Below, piece after piece: positions 47,534 through 55,307 of a stretch of DNA of 64,000 nt (position 1 is the first letter of the stretch; every line of letters begins with the position of its first letter). This stretch comes from a virus. The stretch is taken from positions 29,762-93,761 of the IMG/VR virus record IMGVR_UViG_3300005805_000055; one strand, 5' to 3'. Under the pieces are notes generated by a model. It made no database searches and had not been told where the DNA came from. It saw nothing but the letters and a program-made list of their open reading frames with translations. A program made the translations under genes and the position numbers.

Positions 47534-48684
47534 CCCGCCAACGAATGTTCTTAGATATCTCTTGCGTAGAGGCTGCGAGACAAAGAATTCGCCACGTATA
47601 CGACACATTTGATACTGTATGCGTCCAATTTTCTGGTGGAAAAGACTCAAGCGCAGTGTTGTACCTCGCTAAAGAGGTTCATGAAGAAAGAGGCTTGGGG
47701 CCAGTAAAAGTAATTTTCCGTGATGAGGAAATGGTTAGCCCACTTGTTATTGATTATGTGAACAGGGTGCGTAACTATGACTGGGTCGATATGGAGTGGT
47801 ACTGCATTCCGTATGGTGCTGAGGTGTGGGTGCTTGGGCAGCGCCAGTCAATAATTTTATGGGGCGAAAAGCGAATGAAGGAAGGTCGATTGGCCAGGGA
47901 GATGCCGCCCTGGGCCATCACCGGATACCACTTTGGTCACAAACATGACAAACCAGTTCCGGAGGGAATTGATTATTACACCATGCAGGGCAAAAAGGGC
48001 AGAGTGGCATTCTTGACTGGTGTTCGTGCAGCTGAGTCAATGATTCGCTACAGGTCAATAGTGCAAAAACTCCATGAAAACTATATTGTTACTCCGTATA
48101 AGGGGAAAAAGGGTATGCCCCTAAAGTTTGCAAAAGTAATTTATGACTGGCAGATCAATGATGTATTCAAATTCCTGCATGAAGAGCATGGCGCTGATTA
48201 TTGTGAGTATTACGACCTTGCTGCCTTAACTGGCTCTAATACACGAATTGGAATTCCGCTACATTCGATTGCTATTCGCCGTATCGGTGACCTTGTAGCC
48301 ACTGAGCCAGAGTTCTATGATGACCTCTATGACTGCTTCCCTCATATTGATGCACAGAGACGGTGGTGGCCGGAGTATGACGTTGAGAAGGTAATAGCTA
48401 AGTACGCGGAGCGTGGGTGGGAAGGAGTGCGTGATGCTATTGATTACTTCATGGTTGGGCCAACAAAGAAAAGGCGTGCTAAAAGTTTTGCGTCAGAATT
48501 CCGCAAAAAGCATGCACTTGACCCATTTGCCTATCCGGTCGAATGGTTGATTCGCAACATTATTCTCAATGAACTTGCAAATCGTGCGGTTACCCCTGTC
48601 GGACCAAAGACCAAGGCTCATTCAATAAGAATGGCGGCACTAGAACAAGAATTGGAGGATTTTGATGGAAATCCAAATGATTGA
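47530..48684 (+). CDS. PAPS-reductase-fold protein (IbrA/YbdN-like)
   Basis: PP-loop FSGGKDS; DEE; GVRAAESMIRY; IYDWQINDVFKF. Confidence 0.88.
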   Translation: MTRQRMFLDISCVEAARQRIRHVYDTFDTVCVQFSGGKDSSAVLYLAKEVHEERGLGPVKVIFRDEEMVSPLVIDYVNRVRNYDWVDMEWYCIPYGAEVWVLGQRQSIILWGEKRMKEGRLAREMPPWAITGYHFGHKHDKPVPEGIDYYTMQGKKGRVAFLTGVRAAESMIRYRSIVQKLHENYIVTPYKGKKGMPLKFAKVIYDWQINDVFKFLHEEHGADYCEYYDLAALTGSNTRIGIPLHSIAIRRIGDLVATEPEFYDDLYDCFPHIDAQRRWWPEYDVEKVIAKYAERGWEGVRDAIDYFMVGPTKKRRAKSFASEFRKKHALDPFAYPVEWLIRNIILNELANRAVTPVGPKTKAHSIRMAALEQELEDFDGNPND

Positions 48685-49216
48685 TGTCAATAATTTAATT
48701 ACACCAGACTGGCATGCAACCTACATACTCCGTCCAGATATGGTTACGCTTGCAAGCTCACTTATGGAATATGGCGTGCTTTCGCCAATACTGGTTCGTA
48801 AATCAGATAATTCTATAATTGATGGAACTCAGCGCATTAAGATAATTACTGGAAATCGCCATATTGCTAAGAAAATTGGACAAGTGGTTCCAGTTTCCTT
48901 TATTGATTGCGACAAGATCGATGCAATGTTGATCCATGCTCAGATTAATCGTGGAAGGGGGTCGTTGGTTGCCAAGAACTTATCGAGACTAATAAGAGAA
49001 ATCATGAGATCACGAAAATACTCCCAGGAAGATCTTGAAAGAATGTTGGCCATGAAGTCTGTCGAGTTTGACCTGATGATGGATACCACAATTATCAAGC
49101 AAAGAGATATCCAGAATTATAATTACTCACGTGCATGGGTTCCGATTGAAGCGCCCGCCGGAACAATAGAAAGGATGCCCATTTCTATCGAAACTCCGCC
49201 TGGGGACGACAGATAA
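48665..49216 (+). CDS. ParB-like protein (IbrB/YbdM-like)
   Basis: SLMEYGVLSPILV...IIDGTQR...INRGRG; GGAGG 6 nt before ATG 48665; directly follows the IbrA-like gene. Confidence 0.82.
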   Translation: MEIQMIDVNNLITPDWHATYILRPDMVTLASSLMEYGVLSPILVRKSDNSIIDGTQRIKIITGNRHIAKKIGQVVPVSFIDCDKIDAMLIHAQINRGRGSLVAKNLSRLIREIMRSRKYSQEDLERMLAMKSVEFDLMMDTTIIKQRDIQNYNYSRAWVPIEAPAGTIERMPISIETPPGDDR

Positions 49217-49262
49217 TGTTGCGTGATACAATCGTAATGCCGAGCAAGCGAATGGAGTAAAA

Positions 49263-49421
49263 ATGCCCCAGCCTGAATTAGATGCTGACGAGGAAGAGGA
49301 AATTGGAGAGCGCCGTCGTCCCGGACGCATTCGTAGGGCTGCAGCCAGGGGTGCCAACGCTATAAGAAATCTATTTGGACGCGGGCCTGCACGAGCTGCA
49401 GGAAGAGGAAGAAGAAGGTGA
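49263..49421 (+). CDS. Small acidic-then-Arg-rich protein, 52 aa (not in the ORF track)
   Basis: My translation: MPQPELDADEEEEIGERRRPGRIRRAAARGANAIRNLFGRGPARAAGRGRRR*. GGAG Shine-Dalgarno and an upstream TGaTACAAT -10-like box. Confidence 0.7.
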   Translation: MPQPELDADEEEEIGERRRPGRIRRAAARGANAIRNLFGRGPARAAGRGRRR

Positions 49422-49468
49422 CCATCTGGTCGCCAACTAATAAGCTACGCAACTTAGGTTGGTGCTAA

Positions 49469-50563
49469 ATGACCCTACTTGTATCAATTTCAGATCTGTC
49501 CACATATATGGACGTTACGTTTAGTATTAGGCAGCGCGATGCTGCCGAATTTGTACTCGAGGGTCTTCAGAGTGAGCTTGAGGCATACCTCAGACGACCA
49601 ATTACTATTCAAACATTTGTCGAGGAATACACTTTGCCAACCGATCATACCGGCATGCCCACCGCATCATTTTTTTACAATAGTTCTCTCGATACGAGCA
49701 ATACTTCTCTCACGTATATTAATCCACCTACAACAATTGCCCTACGTAATTCACCTATAAGTAAAGTTAATAGCGTTATGGTGAGGAACTATGGCGACTC
49801 TGGCACCTATATGGCCGAGGCAATGGAGCGTACGGCTACGATTATTAATGTCACGACAAGTGGCACTAATGCTACGTTTACAACCTCATCTGCCCACAAG
49901 TTTACCAAGGGTCAATTTGTTGCAATTACCGGAATGGTCCCAGATGAATACAACTGCACTGGCGTTCAGATTGACCAAATAAATTCAGCAACATCATTTA
50001 CAATTGATTTGAACAAAACTCTACCAACATACGGATCACTAATATCTGCGGTTGATTTCTCTACACCGCAGGCTGGATATGTCAGGTATACAACTTCATC
50101 AGCACACGGATTCTCTGCTGGTTCATTGATTAATATCTCAGGACTTCTACCTTCTGGCTATAATGGCGATTTCGAAGTTGTAGATGTTCCATCAACAACA
50201 ACATTTACTGTATCTAACTCAGTAACAACTGCCCTCACAGATTCGTCTGGGGTAGTGAAATCGCGGGGAACTGCTGTTGCTACCGGAAATGATTATGTTG
50301 TTCGCCGATTTGGTATCGATTTCTTTAGAGGATACGCAAACGATACCGTTGTTATTGATTACGAAGCAGGGCTAGATGGCACCGAAATTGGTATTTTCAA
50401 ACTCCTTATTTTGCGCGCAGCAACTAGAGAAATGCAAAATATGCATGATGATGTTGTTGGAGTCAAGGACCTTGAGCCACGAAATGTAGCTCCACTTGAA
50501 ACTGGTTTCAGTGAACGTGAGCTACTTTCAGTCAAGAAATATCGCAGACACAGGATTGCATAA
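49469..50563 (+). CDS. Head-tail adaptor-like protein with two inserted TTSxAHxF beta repeats
   Basis: N-terminal SISDLSTYM...SELEAYLRR and C-terminal IDYEAG...ERELLSVKKYRR. First gene of the neck cluster. Confidence 0.75.
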   Translation: MTLLVSISDLSTYMDVTFSIRQRDAAEFVLEGLQSELEAYLRRPITIQTFVEEYTLPTDHTGMPTASFFYNSSLDTSNTSLTYINPPTTIALRNSPISKVNSVMVRNYGDSGTYMAEAMERTATIINVTTSGTNATFTTSSAHKFTKGQFVAITGMVPDEYNCTGVQIDQINSATSFTIDLNKTLPTYGSLISAVDFSTPQAGYVRYTTSSAHGFSAGSLINISGLLPSGYNGDFEVVDVPSTTTFTVSNSVTTALTDSSGVVKSRGTAVATGNDYVVRRFGIDFFRGYANDTVVIDYEAGLDGTEIGIFKLLILRAATREMQNMHDDVVGVKDLEPRNVAPLETGFSERELLSVKKYRRHRIA

Positions 50564-51054
50564 TGGCTCGCACAAGACCTAGAGATGCAATCATTATTCG
50601 TTTTGATACGGATTTTGATGAGGAAGAATTAACCGACAGGCTCGACGACATGATGAGGCGAGCTCGTGATTTCCGTCCAGTGTTTGAAAAGATTAGGGAT
50701 GACCTCGAAGAGCTATGGTCGAATAATTTCCTTACAAACGGACTTCCTAGCGGCGGGTGGGCGCCACTGGATCCTGGATATGCATCATGGAAATCGACTC
50801 ACTTTCCTGGAATGCCACCAATGATCAGGACGGGTCGCCTATTTAGTAGTTTGGGAAATCTGCGCGGAACACCAAACGAGATAGATAGAACAAAGGCCAC
50901 ATTTGGGACAAATGTTAAGTATGCAAAATTCCATCAATACGGAACAACCAGAATGCCAAAGCGCGAAATTATATTTACACCAGATGTAATGCGCAAAAAG
51001 TGGGCCGATTATGCGAGAGATTATGTTAGGGATGGAATTGGAGGTCTCGCATAA
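50563..51054 (+). CDS. Virion morphogenesis/neck protein (Mu gpG-like)
   Basis: WAPL...RTGRL...GTNVKYAKFHQYGT..MPKR. Confidence 0.85.
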   Translation: MARTRPRDAIIIRFDTDFDEEELTDRLDDMMRRARDFRPVFEKIRDDLEELWSNNFLTNGLPSGGWAPLDPGYASWKSTHFPGMPPMIRTGRLFSSLGNLRGTPNEIDRTKATFGTNVKYAKFHQYGTTRMPKREIIFTPDVMRKKWADYARDYVRDGIGGLA

Positions 51055-51662
51055 TGGCAAATATCGACCTCATGCACGGCCCCCATTATGCAAAGAACTA
51101 TGTAACGTCATATCTTCAACTGGATATGCCAGATAGGCTCATTGAGTATCGAAATGGATGGTCCGTTGATGATATTACGCTCCCAAATCCAGTCAAATAT
51201 CTGAGTCATGAGCCAATAGCCCTGGATGAATGGCCGACAATCATTACGGTTGCTATCTCTACTACTGGGTTTGAAAGAATTGGGTGGGATAGACAACAGC
51301 CGATTTATAGAGTTGGCTATTCAATGAGAACATATGTGTGGGTTCGGACAGAGGGAAATGCTGATGTCACCTTGATGCGTGATCGTTTGACAACCGTTGT
51401 CCGTTCCTCACTCATGGACCATCCAACGATGCGTGCCACTGATCCAAGGGGAAGTTTTCGAGTAGTTATTGAAGAATCCTCCATTCGTGAAGAATTCTCT
51501 GACTTAACCTTGCTCAAGGGTGACCGAGTCCTGGCTGGCGCATATGTTGGCTATGATATGAATATTGATGAAATCATTATGCGCCGAGATATTGCTGATA
51601 TTTCTGAAATTAACACAACCATTGCGGGCTACGGTATGTCGGAGGAATTACCAGACGCGTGA
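51054..51662 (+). CDS. Putative tail completion/terminator protein
   Basis: Position between neck and sheath genes; TAATG overlap. Confidence 0.6.
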   Translation: MANIDLMHGPHYAKNYVTSYLQLDMPDRLIEYRNGWSVDDITLPNPVKYLSHEPIALDEWPTIITVAISTTGFERIGWDRQQPIYRVGYSMRTYVWVRTEGNADVTLMRDRLTTVVRSSLMDHPTMRATDPRGSFRVVIEESSIREEFSDLTLLKGDRVLAGAYVGYDMNIDEIIMRRDIADISEINTTIAGYGMSEELPDA

Positions 51663-51695
51663 TTGTGGTAACCTTGAGAAAAACTAGGAGACAAA

Positions 51696-52217
51696 ATGTC
51701 TGATGATAATTTTACAGCATTCCAGATTAGGTCCGGGAGTGAATTGCTTCAAGCTCATGAGGCAAAAATGTACCTACTAAAAAATAATACTCGTGAAAGA
51801 ATGACCGTCACTCCGTCTGGGATTGCTCTTGACCCAAAGGGCATGACTGCAGTATCAAAAATTACCGCAGAGATGAATTTGCTACAGAATAGTGGCATTA
51901 TTTCAATTGAGAGCCTGAATAATGAACCAGTTTGGGTCAATGAAAATTCAGAAAATGGATCTGCTGATGTTTCCGCCGAGCCCGCGAGCGAAGAGCAACC
52001 AAAGACAACTGCTCGCAAAACATCCAAAAAGGTCAAGGAGAGCACCGTTTCAGTAGAGGCCGAAGAAATTACTGCGGATAGATCTGAATCCAGTAATCAG
52101 GCTGAAGTAGGTGCCGAATCAACGGAAGAAACTAATATTTTAGAAAATGCAGAAGAAACTAGCATTAAACCAGATGAATCTGGTGATAATGTTAATATTA
52201 CGTCTGATCCATTTTAG
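51696..52217 (+). CDS. Hypothetical protein with an acidic low-complexity tail
   Basis: AGGAG Shine-Dalgarno; TGgTAACCT at 51666-51674; ends in SDPF. Confidence 0.75.
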   Translation: MSDDNFTAFQIRSGSELLQAHEAKMYLLKNNTRERMTVTPSGIALDPKGMTAVSKITAEMNLLQNSGIISIESLNNEPVWVNENSENGSADVSAEPASEEQPKTTARKTSKKVKESTVSVEAEEITADRSESSNQAEVGAESTEETNILENAEETSIKPDESGDNVNITSDPF

Positions 52218-52314
52218 TTCATGGCGGTAATTAGTTTCTGCTTTGGTTCATAAAACAGGATACAATTACAACGCGGGAGAGTATAGGTCCCATCTAGTTA
52301 CTTAGGAAGGTCAC

Positions 52315-54039
52315 ATGCCCGGCATAAACATTACAACCTCAGTTCGCACAGGCCCCTCCAACACGACTGTTCGCGAATCGTCTCAAGCATTTTTCGCTGG
52401 CTTTGCTGAGCGTGGGCCAATCGACGAGGCCGTCAAGGTCACTTCGATGGAAGAATTCGAGCGCGTATTCGGTGGCTATGTTTCCACCTACTACCTCCAC
52501 CCTACGGTTGAGGCATTCTTTGAGGAGGGTGGCAGCCAGTGCTACATCGCACGAATCGGCTATACATCTTCTGGAACTGTTAGCACGAAAACCCTCGATA
52601 GGACTGCTACGATTTCTGCTATTGATGCAGGAACTCCTGCCGCAGGCACGGTTCAATACACCACTTCTGCTGCGCATGGATTTGCAGTTGGCGATAGTGT
52701 AACAATAACTGGCCTTGCACCATCTGGCTATAATGGAACATTTACCATCACCGCAGTTGATACATTGACTTTTGATGTAACCAATGCGACGACAACATCA
52801 CCCACAGATGAGGATGGAAGCGCGGCTGCTGGATCAATCACTCTCACTGCGAATGGCTACGGCACTTGGGGTAATGACCTCTCCGTAATAGTCGCCGCTG
52901 GGACAATTGCTAATTCAGTAAATATCTCACTATACTATGACGACGTGTTGCTCATGAGCACAGGCAATGCAACAACTGTTGACCAGGCTATTGGAAAAAT
53001 CAATGCTCATCCAATTGCTAGGCACTATGTTCTTGCATCGGCTGATGGCGATACAGACACCCTTCCAAGTACTTCAGCTGAAGCTAGCTTTACTGGTGGC
53101 GCGAACGGCACCGATGGTGGCGCCACTCAAGTTGGGACAGCTCTAGACCTTTTCGTCAGCTCATATGGAACCGGAGCTGTTTCATGTCCAGAGTCAGCAT
53201 CCGGTGGAGTATTTGCCGGAACTACCTCGGCTGTTGGAACAGTGCCACAGTTGCTTATCGATCATGCGGTAGAGACTAACCGCGTAGCGATACTTCATAC
53301 CCATAGTGGTGTATCGATTGCCAATGCTCAAGATATTGCCGAATATACAACCGCAAACGCAACAGATGCCCTTGGTCTTGAGCGTACCGCAATGTACTAC
53401 CCATGGGTATACACCCCAACCACTACGGCTGGCGTGAATCGCCTTATTCCTCCCGATGGGTATGTATGTGGCGTTCGTGCACGCGCCCACAATACGACTG
53501 GACAGCATCAGCCTGGTGCTGGAATTTACTCTACTGCTAGATTTGTTGTTGGTCTCGAGCGTGAAGTTGGTAAAACTAGTGCCGATGCCCTTGATGCGGC
53601 TTCGCTCAATGTGCTTCGAATCATTAACAATTCCATCAGGGTCTATGGCGCACGTTGTATGTCTTCTGATGTTGACAACTGGCGCTACTTGAATGCCATT
53701 GAAGTAGTCAACTATGTCGTTATTGAGGCCGAGCGTGCACTTGAAGACCTGCTCTTTAGCACTATCGATGGACGCAATAAGGTCTTTGCCGATGTTCAAG
53801 CAAGATTGACCGGACTTCTGGAGCCACTACGTCTACAGGGTGCGCTTTACGAGGCATTCGATGCAAATGGCAAGCGAATTGACCATGGGTACACCATCAA
53901 GTGTGACACCTCGCTCAACCCAGTCACCAACCTCAAGGATGGAGTCGTCACTGCTCGAGTTGGACTCCGTCCAGCGGGCGTGACTGATACAATTGAGGTA
54001 GATATTGTCAAGTCTAACCTTACCGCTTCGGTGGTCTGA
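52315..54039 (+). CDS. Contractile tail sheath protein
   Basis: MPGINI...FFAGFAERGP...EFERVFG...FFEEGG...YYPWV...PPDGYVCG...RVYGAR...WRYLN...GALY. Confidence 0.93.
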   Translation: MPGINITTSVRTGPSNTTVRESSQAFFAGFAERGPIDEAVKVTSMEEFERVFGGYVSTYYLHPTVEAFFEEGGSQCYIARIGYTSSGTVSTKTLDRTATISAIDAGTPAAGTVQYTTSAAHGFAVGDSVTITGLAPSGYNGTFTITAVDTLTFDVTNATTTSPTDEDGSAAAGSITLTANGYGTWGNDLSVIVAAGTIANSVNISLYYDDVLLMSTGNATTVDQAIGKINAHPIARHYVLASADGDTDTLPSTSAEASFTGGANGTDGGATQVGTALDLFVSSYGTGAVSCPESASGGVFAGTTSAVGTVPQLLIDHAVETNRVAILHTHSGVSIANAQDIAEYTTANATDALGLERTAMYYPWVYTPTTTAGVNRLIPPDGYVCGVRARAHNTTGQHQPGAGIYSTARFVVGLEREVGKTSADALDAASLNVLRIINNSIRVYGARCMSSDVDNWRYLNAIEVVNYVVIEAERALEDLLFSTIDGRNKVFADVQARLTGLLEPLRLQGALYEAFDANGKRIDHGYTIKCDTSLNPVTNLKDGVVTARVGLRPAGVTDTIEVDIVKSNLTASVV

Positions 54040-54051
54040 TAGGAGAGTAAT

Positions 54052-54522
54052 ATGCCAGCAACTAAGGTTTCTCAGAGGCAAATTCAGGCAACGATTGTTC
54101 CTGTTAGCCAGGCAGACCCCTCGATGCCCCCTGGGTTTGTATTTCCCCAGGTTTCTGGTGGCGAAATCACCGCTTCGGTCGAAAAGATTTATGAAGGCGG
54201 CAGGCGTTCACCCACCGTTCTCTGTGCACCATTTGAAATTGGCGACATCACGCTAACCGCCCACTATGACGACGGCCTCCGTGATGCAGATTCAATTGGC
54301 CTGGTGCTCAGTCAGCTCCGCCAGCTCGTAGGTAAGGCATACTACGATATCCATGTTCAGGTATACGATTGCGACATCGCAGTAAAGGGTACTGACCGTA
54401 CCTACTCAACCTCGCTTCTCGTTGGTTTGACCGAACCAGAGGGTGACTCGTCATCTGGCGCTCCCGCAACCTTCTCAATGACATTTGCTGTTCAGTCGGT
54501 GAACCCACCCGCTGGTTCCTGA
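54052..54522 (+). CDS. Tail tube protein
   Basis: Follows the sheath; FPQVSGGEITA...YEGG...GDITLT...DSSSG. Confidence 0.82.
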   Translation: MPATKVSQRQIQATIVPVSQADPSMPPGFVFPQVSGGEITASVEKIYEGGRRSPTVLCAPFEIGDITLTAHYDDGLRDADSIGLVLSQLRQLVGKAYYDIHVQVYDCDIAVKGTDRTYSTSLLVGLTEPEGDSSSGAPATFSMTFAVQSVNPPAGS

Positions 54523-54563
54523 TTAAAAACCTTTTAAAGTTGCATTCGGCACTATCTTGCCTG

Positions 54564-54572
54564 TGCTAGGTT
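54564..54572 (+). promoter_or_regulatory. Extended -10 promoter, probable leaderless transcript
   Basis: TGcTAGGTT ends 7 nt before ATG 54580; no Shine-Dalgarno. Confidence 0.5.
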
Positions 54573-54579
54573 TTGCCGC

Positions 54580-55098
54580 ATGACAGATAAACTTTACGAA
54601 GATCCAACACCAACAACCAAGCGCTCGCCCATGGGTAAGGACGCTAGTCAGGAACCCACCGTTCTTGATAAGTTGCGTGAGAGAATCAATAAGAAGGTCG
54701 AACGCCCCATCAAGCTCATGGATGTTCCCGAGCGACCTGGCGTATCACTAAGGATCAGCCCCAATATCTCCCAGCACAAACTACGCTCATGGCGCAAGAA
54801 TTCTGGCGAAGATTCCAAGAATGGCATGGATGCAACCAAGTTTGCCTGTTATGTAGTCGGCAACACTACCGTTGGCATCATTGTCGATGGGGTTGAGGCG
54901 GTTGACGAAAATGGTTACGAGCTGAACTTCGCTTCATCTGCAATTCTTGAGATGACCAATACGACTCGCCCAATCCCCGATGCTGTAATTGCATTCTTTG
55001 GTCTTGAACCACACGTCGAGGCTGCTGCTCTGGCAATCCTGGACGCTGCCGGATATGGAGATACTGTTGATACGTCGGACCCTACGACGGAGTCGTAG
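54580..55098 (+). CDS. Tail assembly chaperone (short form)
   Basis: Lies between tube and tape measure; ends DPTTES. Confidence 0.8.
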   Translation: MTDKLYEDPTPTTKRSPMGKDASQEPTVLDKLRERINKKVERPIKLMDVPERPGVSLRISPNISQHKLRSWRKNSGEDSKNGMDATKFACYVVGNTTVGIIVDGVEAVDENGYELNFASSAILEMTNTTRPIPDAVIAFFGLEPHVEAAALAILDAAGYGDTVDTSDPTTES

Positions 55099-55280
55099 AC
55101 GAATTAGCCGACGACTCCTTCGTTATCTCAGCAGCCAGACTCGGTGAGGTTTGGCACGTAAATCCACTTGAATTACTAGACGAGGACGAGGATACTTGGC
55201 TCGTTTTGATGGCTTGTGCTAAAGTAGTACAGCGGGATAGAGAGCAACAGGAGCGTTCTGCGCGACAGCAAAGACGCTAA
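55071..55280 (+). CDS. -1 frame extension of the tail assembly chaperone (probable programmed frameshift product)
   Basis: The -1 frame is open from 55071 to TAA 55278-55280 (...VDELADDSFVISAARLGEVWHVNPLELLDEDEDTWLVLMACAKVVQRDREQQERSARQQRR) and has no early start codon. Confidence 0.75.
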   Translation, partial: YVGPYDGVVDELADDSFVISAARLGEVWHVNPLELLDEDEDTWLVLMACAKVVQRDREQQERSARQQRR

Positions 55281-55307
55281 CTGGCGTATCCAATACTGGA
55301 CGGTAAC

